Part shown: piece by piece, positions 1 through 7,575 of the stretch
How the letters are laid out: each line of letters begins with the position of its first letter
Position numbering within the stretch: position 1 is the stretch's first letter
Source: a virus
Lineage: Duplodnaviria > Caudoviricetes
DNA: 24,654 bases
Direction: 5' to 3' (one strand)
IMG/VR virus record: IMGVR_UViG_3300047090_000011
Coordinates: 1 to 24,654 of that record
Program-made: the position numbers and the translations under genes
Notes under the pieces: model-generated
Databases searched by the model: none
What the model saw: the letters and a program-made list of their open reading frames with translations, nothing else
Told to the model about the DNA's origin: nothing

Positions 1-1
1 A

Positions 2-259
2 GTGGCAGCTACACCGCACGCTCCCAAGAGCGCCGAAGGTCACACGCTGGCCTACGATCCGCAGGACTGGGCCGAGCCAGGCGATGCCGCAATGCTGGAC
101 TGGCTTGAACGCAAGTTGTTCGGCAGCGCATGGGGCGGCACCATCGGGCACCCGAAGGATTGGACCGTGCGCGGCGACTACCGGCACACCACTCAACGCA
201 TGGTCGGCAACACGCTGCGCGAGGCCATTGCGGCTGCAATGAAGGCGGCCACACCATGA
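2..259 (+). CDS. Hypothetical phage protein (probably 5'-truncated)
   Basis: Open from the window edge; C-terminal 'DAAMLDWLE...GNTLREAIAAAM' resembles small accessory phage proteins; stop overlaps next start (ATGA 256-259). Confidence 0.65.
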   Translation: MAATPHAPKSAEGHTLAYDPQDWAEPGDAAMLDWLERKLFGSAWGGTIGHPKDWTVRGDYRHTTQRMVGNTLREAIAAAMKAATP

Positions 260-351
260 AGCAACGCCACCGCCGCCGCTGGCAGCAGCGCTGCCGCCTG
301 GAGTCGCTGTGGGGCGGCTACTTGCGCCGGCTGCATGGAGCCGTCATATGA
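256..351 (+). CDS. Small Arg-rich hypothetical protein (31 aa, MKQRHRRRWQQRC...)
   Basis: ATGA overlaps with both the upstream (256-259) and downstream (348-351) genes, suggesting translational coupling. Confidence 0.5.
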   Translation: MKQRHRRRWQQRCRLESLWGGYLRRLHGAVI

Positions 352-557
352 GCGACGCCAACGAAACCGCCAGCATGACGGCGGCGCAGTTGCAACGCCG
401 CGCCAACGGCATCTACGAGGCGTCCCGGTTCTGGACAGACCGTGCCGCATCGCATCTCAGTAGCGTCAGCGATGTTGCGCGCGAAGAGCAGCAGTTTTCC
501 GCCGATGCCTACCGCCTTGCACGCCAGGCTATGGGCGTGGAACCACATATCTGCTGA
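348..557 (+). CDS. Hypothetical protein (69 aa, MSDANETASM...)
   Basis: Internal ATG of ORF 309-557; ATGA overlap; GGAG upstream. Confidence 0.6.
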   Translation: MSDANETASMTAAQLQRRANGIYEASRFWTDRAASHLSSVSDVAREEQQFSADAYRLARQAMGVEPHIC

Positions 558-569
558 TCGGAGATACAC

Positions 570-920
570 ATGACGAACGAAGAAACACGTATGCAGATTG
601 CCGCTGTGCTGCTGGCTACTGGAGCCACGCCAGCGCAAGAAATTGAGATGCGCGATCTGCTCGCTGTGCCTGAGCGCGGCGATGGCTCACTACAGAAGAC
701 CGACCGCGATGTCGCGCTGACCGGTTTGATCTGGGCCTACAGCTTCTTGGCGCCAATCGGCCACGAGTGGTCTGGCCGGAACACCGCGCAGGGCCAGCGA
801 CTGATGTCTGAGCTGCGGGACGCTATTGCGCACCTCTGGGGCACAGAGCCTGAGCAGGTCCAGGACCGCTACGCACGATATCCCTCGCCGTTCGCCGTCA
901 ATGCTATCCCCGAAGAATGA
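570..920 (+). CDS. Hypothetical protein (116 aa)
   Basis: GGAGA SD just upstream; last gene of the plus-strand run converging on the late operon. Confidence 0.7.
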   Translation: MTNEETRMQIAAVLLATGATPAQEIEMRDLLAVPERGDGSLQKTDRDVALTGLIWAYSFLAPIGHEWSGRNTAQGQRLMSELRDAIAHLWGTEPEQVQDRYARYPSPFAVNAIPEE

Positions 921-923
921 AGA

Positions 924-1046
924 TCAGATCTTTGATCGGATACCCATCACGGACGTTGCCGGCACAGGATCAGTGATGCACCTATTCAGGCCGAAAAAGA
1001 CCATCACGATCACGACTACGCGCAGCACTTTGGCGAAGGTGTCCAT
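924..1046 (-). CDS. Small membrane peptide, 40 aa (MDTFAKVLRVVVIVMVFFGLNRCITDPVPATSVMGIRSKI)
   Basis: Translated by hand (below the ORF-track cutoff). Starts 2 nt after the holin stop, has GAGGGGGG upstream, fills the gap exactly and carries one hydrophobic segment. Confidence 0.5.
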   Translation of the reverse strand: MDTFAKVLRVVVIVMVFFGLNRCITDPVPATSVMGIRSKI

Positions 1047-1048
1047 AG

Positions 1049-1471
1049 TCACGCTACCCCCCTCACCTTTTCTGCGGTGCGCATCACGCCAAGACCCAGC
1101 ATGCCCAGCAGGATCGGCAGAAGCTCACTGGCGTCGATCACCGGCAACTTGACATCCATGCCCCACATGGAGCCGATAGTCACCAGCAGCGGGCCGGCAA
1201 TGTACTTGAACCCGAACGCAACGCCGCAAATCCAGCCAATGAACGGGCGCCAGCCAGCCACGAACAGGCGAGTGCTAGCCGCCTCAATCTTGTTGACTTC
1301 GTTCTGACCCTGCGCGAGCGTGGTGTCGTTCGCCATCTGAGCAAGCTCACCAGTCTGGCGCATCTCCAGCAGCTTCAATTTAGCTGCGTCAGCGGCCTGT
1401 TTATCTGGGAAAATCTTGTCGATGATTTTGCTGCCAATATCAAGCGCAGCAGTGATTGGATCTAGTGCCAT
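1049..1471 (-). CDS. 3TM holin-like protein (GTA holin 3TM type), 140 aa
   Basis: MALDPITAALDIGSKIIDKIFPD start with GGAG SD; 'GWRPFIGWICG' motif; C-terminal 'LLGMLGLGVMRTAEK'; located in the lysis region. Confidence 0.8.
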   Translation of the reverse strand: MALDPITAALDIGSKIIDKIFPDKQAADAAKLKLLEMRQTGELAQMANDTTLAQGQNEVNKIEAASTRLFVAGWRPFIGWICGVAFGFKYIAGPLLVTIGSMWGMDVKLPVIDASELLPILLGMLGLGVMRTAEKVRGVA

Positions 1472-1871
1472 GAATACTCCGAAGGTGAAGGCGGTAGAAC
1501 TCGAAGGGGCAGCCCTGGATTTCTGGGTGTCAGAAGCTGAAGACGCCGGGTGTTGTCTTGAGAATTTCATGGTCAACCCACCTCGCCCTGGCGCGTGTTG
1601 GCGGATGGTTGACGGGCGGCCCGACTTCAGCAAGCCTTATTCGCCAAGCACGGACTGGGCTCTTGGAGGTCCGATCATTGAGCGCGAGAACATCTGTGTT
1701 CTGGCACCGAAATACATCAACATGGTTGATGATCGATGGACTGCCGGCGTAGGCGCAGTGGAAAGCTATGACGGATGGTACGGAAGCACAAAAAACCAAG
1801 CGGAAGGACCTACGCTGCTGGTTGCGGCAATGCGCGCATACGTGATGAGCAAGTTTGGTGAGCAGTTCTAA
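1470..1871 (+). CDS. NinX/DUF2591-family phage protein, inverted within the lysis cassette
   Basis: 'ELEGAALDFWV', 'YSPSTDWALGGPIIERENI' and 'GPTLLVAAMRAYV' motifs; start uncertain (ATG 1470 or a nearby downstream GTG). Confidence 0.8.
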   Translation: MNTPKVKAVELEGAALDFWVSEAEDAGCCLENFMVNPPRPGACWRMVDGRPDFSKPYSPSTDWALGGPIIERENICVLAPKYINMVDDRWTAGVGAVESYDGWYGSTKNQAEGPTLLVAAMRAYVMSKFGEQF

Positions 1872-2248
1872 GCTGGGTACTTTGCCGGGTCGATCTGGTA
1901 ATGCGGACCATCGGCGAAACTCGCCCAATCCCCGCCCCAGGTTATTTCAACGCCAACCTCTTTCGCTGCCTGCTTCATGATCGCGGCCAGTCGGTGATAC
2001 AGCGGCCAATCCCACCGTACCTCTGTCCCCACCATTGCCGCCAGGTCAACAGCGTGGCCCGTCAAATGTTTGCTGTTCATAGTCTGGCTTGCGCCTTTGG
2101 CGAACAGTTCCTTCTGTCGCTCGATGGTCCTGAGCCCTTCGGTGACGATGAAGTCCAGATCTGTGATCTCGGCCGCACGGTGGACGACCTTGACCAGCGC
2201 GGGGTGGACGCCGGCTAGGCGGGCTTCACTTCTTGGGGGGAGTACCAT
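1868..2248 (-). CDS. Endolysin, M15 family Zn peptidase (L-Ala-D-Glu peptidase type)
   Basis: 'TEGLRTIERQ', 'SKHLTGHAVD' (SxHxxGxAxD) and 'WGGDW..FADGPH' motifs; start at MVLPPRS with AAGG upstream. Confidence 0.9.
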   Translation of the reverse strand: MVLPPRSEARLAGVHPALVKVVHRAAEITDLDFIVTEGLRTIERQKELFAKGASQTMNSKHLTGHAVDLAAMVGTEVRWDWPLYHRLAAIMKQAAKEVGVEITWGGDWASFADGPHYQIDPAKYPA

Positions 2249-2552
2249 GATCAGCCTTCGGTAGTTCAGGGAATGCGAGCGGTGCGGGCTCGGTCTCTTT
2301 GGGGTCATGGATCTGTACATGACGGCGCAGCGACGGGTATTTGTCCAGCCAACCCCTGTCCGTGGCGATAGCTCGCACCCAGTTCTTCCAACACAGCAAA
2401 AAGAGATAGACGATGGCCGAAAACATGATCACGATCTTTGTGATGAATTCGATCCATTGCGTCATCTCAACAAGCTGGCTGGCGGCAAATGCGCCCGACA
2501 GTGCAATCAACTTTGTTCCGACTGCTGCTGTGGTTTCCTCTTTTGCGCTCAT
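2226..2552 (-). CDS. Putative holin/antiholin membrane protein (108 aa)
   Basis: Hydrophobic 'FITKIVIMFSAIVYLFLLCW' segment plus a weaker N-terminal one; charged C-tail; directly upstream of and overlapping the endolysin. Confidence 0.55.
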   Translation of the reverse strand: MSAKEETTAAVGTKLIALSGAFAASQLVEMTQWIEFITKIVIMFSAIVYLFLLCWKNWVRAIATDRGWLDKYPSLRRHVQIHDPKETEPAPLAFPELPKADHGTPPKK

Positions 2553-3199
2553 GCTGCACTCCTTACAGCGCTCGCAATCAGTGCCGTGGTGGCGTCGGAT
2601 GTGGCTTGATCTACGTGAGGGCCTTGCAGCACCACCACAGGCGCGCCAGTGATGTCTACGTAGGGCAACGCATGCCGAGTAGCCACAGACCGGATAACGC
2701 CGTCATACGCGGGATAGCGCGAGTCCGTGCCGATCAGTAGAGCGCGTTTCCCAGCCATCGCCACGAACTGGTCAAGATCGCGCTCAAAGTTGGTCAGTGA
2801 ATCGGGCGTCTGCTCCGCTGTTGCCGATGCAGTGCCAAACCGGATCACGGTCAGCGCGCCGGGTATTGGCGTGAACTGCGGTGCTGCCGCCCTCACCTCC
2901 CCGATGCCCAGCGCTTCCCCCGGCGTGAGCCCTCCATAGCTGTGGTCGATCACCGTCCAGCCTGGCAGGAGAGCACGGAGTTGCACGGCAGAAGGCCTGT
3001 CCAGCTTGTGCGGCTCCAGGTTCGGGCCGTACCAATCGCCAGACGACAGGCTGTCGCCCCACAGGTCGAGCGTCTTCGTTGTCGCCGCAGAACCCCCTCC
3101 ACCGCCTCCACAGGCTTGCAGCGCGCCAGCGCCCAGCAGGGATGTGAAAAGCCTTCGCGGGACGACGGGCGAGGCTTTGCAGTACCTCTGCCACGTCAC
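2549..3199 (-). CDS. SGNH/GDSL-like hydrolase with Tat-type lipoprotein signal
   Basis: 'PRRLF...LLGAGALQAC' followed by GGGGGGS; block I 'WGDSLS', block II 'SYGG', block V 'QGPH'; coupled by GTGA/ATGA overlaps. Confidence 0.7.
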   Translation of the reverse strand: MTWQRYCKASPVVPRRLFTSLLGAGALQACGGGGGGSAATTKTLDLWGDSLSSGDWYGPNLEPHKLDRPSAVQLRALLPGWTVIDHSYGGLTPGEALGIGEVRAAAPQFTPIPGALTVIRFGTASATAEQTPDSLTNFERDLDQFVAMAGKRALLIGTDSRYPAYDGVIRSVATRHALPYVDITGAPVVVLQGPHVDQATSDATTALIASAVRSAA

Positions 3200-3666
3200 G
3201 CGTTCACCTCATAGTTGACCCACGGCAGAACACCGCCCGCCGCTTCGGAGAGGGATGATGCGATCTGCACTTGGCACGACGCGAGGAATGGGACGAACTG
3301 CGGAAGAGCGTTTGCATAAGCGCTCGTGCCATCAGACGTTCGGACGACGTACCCGACCGCCACCAGTCCCAACAGACTCGTGGTTGCGGCAGAGGTGGCA
3401 TCAAAGACCGTGCGACCGTCGATCAGGATCTTGATCCGCACGGTTCTGGATGTGCCATCCTCGGCGCGTACCGCCGCGAAGTTCAGCGACCCACTGCCGG
3501 TGAGGCTCAGGACCGTCTGAAGGGTGTTCGCAGTGAAAGCAGCGGTAGAGATCGATCGGGCATTTAAGATCGATGTTCCAAGCGGCACAAGTGTGCCGGT
3601 CGAACACTGGTTTGTAATCGTGGCGATTGCACGGCTGCTGCCGGTGAATTGGGATAGGGCGCTCAA
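3196..3666 (-). CDS. Putative tail fibre-associated structural protein (156 aa)
   Basis: Ser/Thr/Ala-rich, beta-strand-like sequence; ATGA-coupled to the short fibre gene. Confidence 0.55.
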   Translation of the reverse strand: MSALSQFTGSSRAIATITNQCSTGTLVPLGTSILNARSISTAAFTANTLQTVLSLTGSGSLNFAAVRAEDGTSRTVRIKILIDGRTVFDATSAATTSLLGLVAVGYVVRTSDGTSAYANALPQFVPFLASCQVQIASSLSEAAGGVLPWVNYEVNA

Positions 3667-4217
3667 TTGATGATCCTCCAGCCGTTGGTGGCGTCTACGT
3701 AACGAAGAAGAATTCGGGCGTATGGATCGTCAAGCGTCAGGTTCTCGGCGAGCTTCATGATGTTCAAGCCGTTGCGCGCGACGACGTTGTCAACCCTGCC
3801 GTTGGCAACCGTGATCCACAGATTCCCGCCGAGCGTTGCGGACGCCGGCAGCGTGACCGTGGTAGCTGCTGCGTTGGTCAGGATGTAGTGCGCACCTGCC
3901 ACTGCGGCCTGGGTCGTGCCGGTGACGATGGACGCGGTTGGAATGCCTGATGTCGAGTTGACGTTGGCGATTGCGTTCTGAACGAATGCGGTGCTCGCGA
4001 CCTTGGTGCTGGAGTCGCCGAGGGTCTGTGTGACGCCCACCGTGTTCAGATCGGTGTTGGTCACTGTGACCGGCCCCGCGCCAAAGTTCGGGAACTGCGT
4101 TTGCAGAACATAGGTCAACAATCGGAGTTGCGGTGCAGCAGTCCCGCGCTGATCGCTGCCCAATGGCCACAAAGCGTTCAACTGACTGATGTACTGCGCG
4201 GATGAGGCAATGGGCAT
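3663..4217 (-). CDS. Short tail fibre/adaptor protein (184 aa)
   Basis: Podovirus fibre-like N-terminus ('YISQLNALWPLGSD...QLRLL..VLQTQFPN'), fibre motif 'TKVASTAFVQ', C-terminal 'TVTLPAS...VARNG...LRYVDATNGW' module; GAGGAG SD. Confidence 0.7.
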   Translation of the reverse strand: MPIASSAQYISQLNALWPLGSDQRGTAAPQLRLLTYVLQTQFPNFGAGPVTVTNTDLNTVGVTQTLGDSSTKVASTAFVQNAIANVNSTSGIPTASIVTGTTQAAVAGAHYILTNAAATTVTLPASATLGGNLWITVANGRVDNVVARNGLNIMKLAENLTLDDPYARILLRYVDATNGWRIIN

Positions 4218-4235
4218 TGGCGCTCCTCTACAATG

Positions 4236-4260
4236 AAAAAAGCCGCCTGGTTAGGGCGGC
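4236..4260 (-). terminator. Rho-independent terminator after the ejection-protein genes
   Basis: Minus strand GCCGCC-CTAACCA-GGCGGC-TTTTTT. Confidence 0.75.
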
Positions 4261-4273
4261 CTTCGGGGGTGAT

Positions 4274-4450
4274 ATGGATGCGATGGTCTGGGCTATCCTG
4301 CTGAAATCCTTGGTAGCCGCTCTCTTCTTGTGCTTCGTCTACTTCATCGCTTGGGTGTTCTGGCGGTTCTTGCCAGAAGGCCCGGTCAAGACTCGGCTGT
4401 TCTCACCGGTTTGGAAGAAGTCCAATCGCCGGAGCCACTGGGGTCGCTAG
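4274..4450 (+). CDS. Small inverted membrane protein (58 aa), moron or superinfection-exclusion candidate
   Basis: MDAMVWAILLKSLVAALFLCFVYFIAWVFW hydrophobic stretch plus basic tail; GGGGGTG SD-like sequence upstream; fills the gap after the last ejection gene. Confidence 0.6.
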   Translation: MDAMVWAILLKSLVAALFLCFVYFIAWVFWRFLPEGPVKTRLFSPVWKKSNRRSHWGR

Positions 4451-6232
4451 CCTGCGCGGAATTTCTCCACCGAGAAGGCTCAGGATTGCTTGCTTCTTTT
4501 GCGGCGAGCTGGCCGACAGTAGGCCGACAGCGTCTTGTGGATCTAGCAACCCTGCCGCGATCCGGTCCATGACCTTGCGCTCTACCCCGGTGAACTTTCC
4601 GGCCATCTGAACGGGCGAGAGCGCGGCCTGCAGAATGCTGTTTTCTGCCCACGACTCAGGCAGACCAGCAGGGCCGAGCACCCGGCGCAGCATGTTCTGA
4701 CTGAGCATGTTCTGCGCAGTGGGGGAACCCGCAGCCCGACCCGCCGTCTCTGCGTATGACTTTCTGCCAAGATCGAGGGCCACGCCCTCCAGGGCCGCGA
4801 TGTCCGGCGTGTTCATCACGTCAGAGATTCCCTTGTTCATGCCGGTGGACTTTTTCACCGACTCCTTGGCGTTGGATAGTGCGCGCATGTAGGCGTCGCC
4901 CATCTCCTTGCCGCCACCGGTTGAGTATTCGCTACCGGCCCGGTTGAGTTGCGACTGCAGGTTGCGCGCCACGTCCATGCTGTTGACCTGCCCCGACATC
5001 TTGGCGAAGTTGTCGTTCGCGGCCTTGTACGCGGGGGAAACCGCTTCCAAGGTAGACATCAGGTCGCTTTTTGTCTGCAGAAGCGCCTTCAGATCCTCTT
5101 TGCCGATGGAACTGCCCGGCATTGAGGCTTTGCTGATCTGGTTGTCCAGCGCCTTCTTGAGCCAGTCCATTCCCTCAACAGACCCGAAGTTCGACAGGTC
5201 TTGGCCATTCTCCTTCGCCAGTCGGATCGCGGTTTTCTGGGCCTGCTGCATGGATGGGCGTTCCATCAGGTTCTGAATCTGCGGCTCCAGCGACTTCGCC
5301 ATGTCGCCGTCGATGCCCTGCTTCATCGCGTTGCTGTAGTCGTCGTTCGCGAAGATGCGGCGACCATCCTTGATGGCGTTGTAGTGCTCATCGCTGCCAG
5401 CGACATCGGCGACCGCTTTCGACCGCGCAGCCTTCTGTGCGGCGAAGCGCGAATTCAGCGGGCCGGCGTACTCGGGGTTGTTCAGTAGTGTGCGCTCCAA
5501 CTGGGCCAGCCCAGGGTCTTGCGCGGCCTGCCCCACGGTCGGGGAACTGCCCGGCACGAACTCCCTGGCACGGGCGAGATTGGCGGCTGCAGCCTGCGGG
5601 TTGGTGGCGGATGCGCGGAGCACGTCGGCCGCGATCTGCTCTTGTCCACTGCGAGTGAGAGGCTGAACGAGCGACTTCGCGCCCTGGTATGCGGCATTGC
5701 CGCCCCGCACGAGCACAGGCCCGGCAGCGCCAAGACCTCCACCAATGGCCATGTTCTGGAGGCGGCTGTCTTGCGTGCCAACGGGCGTCAAAGCCCCTTG
5801 CGCCGCGCCTACGCCGATCGCAGCGGGGATGCCCGCCGCCGCAAATGGTATGGCAGGCGCGATCTGTCCGACAACATCGCCAGCCATACCTGCGCCCGTG
5901 TTCATCAGCGGTGCGTCGCGCTTCTTGATCTCATCAACGTCTTGCCGGTCGATGGCGCCCACCATCTGCGCTGCGCCCCTGCCGATGTCGGTCATGCCCT
6001 TGCCCGCTCCCGCCAGGAACCGTGACAGGCCCTGCGGCATCTCAAGGCCCGTGTCCAGGCCGAATGGGCGGAAGTTGATTCCTCCTTCGCTGGGGTCCGG
6101 GCCTTTCTCTGCAGCCTTGGGCTTGTAAAGGTTCTTCTGCACGTAGGCCATGGCGTCTTGTTCGGTCGCTCCTTCCGGGGCGTTCACTTCGTAAGACTGC
6201 CCATCAGGCGCGGTGATGCGGTATTTCGCCAT
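4403..6232 (-). CDS. Large DNA ejection/internal virion protein (P22 gp16-like position), 609 aa
   Basis: Start MAKYRITAPDG (TAATG overlap); Ala/Gly-rich helical protein; last of the ejection cluster. Confidence 0.7.
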   Translation of the reverse strand: MAKYRITAPDGQSYEVNAPEGATEQDAMAYVQKNLYKPKAAEKGPDPSEGGINFRPFGLDTGLEMPQGLSRFLAGAGKGMTDIGRGAAQMVGAIDRQDVDEIKKRDAPLMNTGAGMAGDVVGQIAPAIPFAAAGIPAAIGVGAAQGALTPVGTQDSRLQNMAIGGGLGAAGPVLVRGGNAAYQGAKSLVQPLTRSGQEQIAADVLRASATNPQAAAANLARAREFVPGSSPTVGQAAQDPGLAQLERTLLNNPEYAGPLNSRFAAQKAARSKAVADVAGSDEHYNAIKDGRRIFANDDYSNAMKQGIDGDMAKSLEPQIQNLMERPSMQQAQKTAIRLAKENGQDLSNFGSVEGMDWLKKALDNQISKASMPGSSIGKEDLKALLQTKSDLMSTLEAVSPAYKAANDNFAKMSGQVNSMDVARNLQSQLNRAGSEYSTGGGKEMGDAYMRALSNAKESVKKSTGMNKGISDVMNTPDIAALEGVALDLGRKSYAETAGRAAGSPTAQNMLSQNMLRRVLGPAGLPESWAENSILQAALSPVQMAGKFTGVERKVMDRIAAGLLDPQDAVGLLSASSPQKKQAILSLLGGEIPRRLATPVAPAIGLLPNR

Positions 6233-7566
6233 TACTTCACCTTCGTCACAGACCAACCACCGCCAGAAACGGCACTGCGCTTGCCGTTGGCCTCAAGGTC
6301 CTGCAAGAGGTTCGGAGCGCCTTTCGGGACTTCGGCCTTGATGCCGGCCGTGGACAGTGCGCGGGCTTGCGCCTTCTGCGCGATGACTTCTGGCGAATCG
6401 CCCATGGCGGGGAAATACTGCTTACGCGCGTTTTCAAATTCAGACGGGGAGATGGCCGCCCCCGACTCTCTGCGAAGCACCGCGTTGATGAAGTCTCGTT
6501 GTGCCTGCTCCAGTTTCTGGTTGGATGCCGGGCTCATTGCCGATGTCAGGGTGCCGATCCCGAAGGGGACATTTGCCAGCGGGTTGCTGACATTCGTACC
6601 GCTCTTGGAGAGTGAATTGATGATCTGGTCGGCATTCTCCATGCGCGATGAAAACTGCAGCGCCTTGGCCTGCGTGTCGTTCAGCGGCTTCTCTTTCGCG
6701 CCGATGGGAGTGCCCCCCTGCATGACTGGACGCGCCTCACCTGAACGGGTGTTGATGGTCAGCCCGCGCTCTGCATCGTAGGTCTGGCCTCCAAGTGCCG
6801 TAGCCTCACGCGCCCGTGCATCGGTCATGTTCTGGCCGCGTTGTGTCGTGGCGTTGTTCGCCCAGCCCAGCGCGTTCGATGCCATGCCGTCAGGGGTCTG
6901 GGTCTTCTTGATCTCGGTGAGACGCTGAAGGGTAACCGGATCGAGGCCGACCAGACTGCCGCCGATGTCCTTGACTTCAGGGGCCAAGAACTTATCCACG
7001 CCCTGCCCGACTTGCTGTCCGTACTCGTCGTATTGCAAAGTTGTTGGCCTGCCGTTAGGTCCAACGCCTTCCACCGTACGCGCGACCTTTTGCCGCCCAA
7101 GATTGGATAGCGCCGCATACTTGTTGATTTCATCGGCCGAGAAGCCCTCTTTGATGGCCCTCATCACATTGAACTGCGGCATGCCACCGCCAGCCCGTGC
7201 CTGCGGCTGCGGCTGCATCGGGTTAAACGCCGGCATTGTCTCGGGCGGACCCATCTCGGCAGGCCCCGCAGGAGCGCCGACATCCCACAACCCGGGGAGT
7301 GCTCCTTGCTTGCGCTGGGCGACCTGCTGCGCTGCCGCCAATTGAAGCGTCTTCTGCTTCTCGTTGTCGGCTTCGGCTAGGTATTTCTCCAACTGCGCCT
7401 TGGTGAGCTTGGACTTCAGATCCGAATCGCGCGCCTGCTGCATGCCGAGAAGCGCGTTGGATAGCCCCCTCCCGCCACGGGCCGACAGAAGGCCCATGGC
7501 CATGCCATCAATCTGATTGCCCCGCTCAGAGCCGGGGGCGCCCATGAATTCGTCAAGTAGTCCCAT
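6232..7566 (-). CDS. DNA ejection/internal virion protein, 444 aa
   Basis: 'MGLLD' start; 'AQRDFINAVLRRESGAAISPSEF..ARKQYFP..GDS' motif typical of podovirus ejection proteins; gene order. Confidence 0.7.
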   Translation of the reverse strand: MGLLDEFMGAPGSERGNQIDGMAMGLLSARGGRGLSNALLGMQQARDSDLKSKLTKAQLEKYLAEADNEKQKTLQLAAAQQVAQRKQGALPGLWDVGAPAGPAEMGPPETMPAFNPMQPQPQARAGGGMPQFNVMRAIKEGFSADEINKYAALSNLGRQKVARTVEGVGPNGRPTTLQYDEYGQQVGQGVDKFLAPEVKDIGGSLVGLDPVTLQRLTEIKKTQTPDGMASNALGWANNATTQRGQNMTDARAREATALGGQTYDAERGLTINTRSGEARPVMQGGTPIGAKEKPLNDTQAKALQFSSRMENADQIINSLSKSGTNVSNPLANVPFGIGTLTSAMSPASNQKLEQAQRDFINAVLRRESGAAISPSEFENARKQYFPAMGDSPEVIAQKAQARALSTAGIKAEVPKGAPNLLQDLEANGKRSAVSGGGWSVTKVK

Positions 7567-7575
7567 GTGTGCCCC

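Noticed and set aside
826-1152. 108-aa plus-strand ORF spanning the convergence zone
   Set aside because: Overlaps two better-supported genes and has no SD; the minus-strand 40-aa ORF fits the gap exactly.
1472-1633. 54-aa N-terminal extension of the 3TM holin in the ORF track
   Set aside because: Overlaps the NinX-like gene; the SD and family-like N-terminus support a start at 1471.
2549-3199. Unimolecular spanin
   Set aside because: It has a lipoprotein signal but no C-terminal TM helix, and carries SGNH motifs instead.
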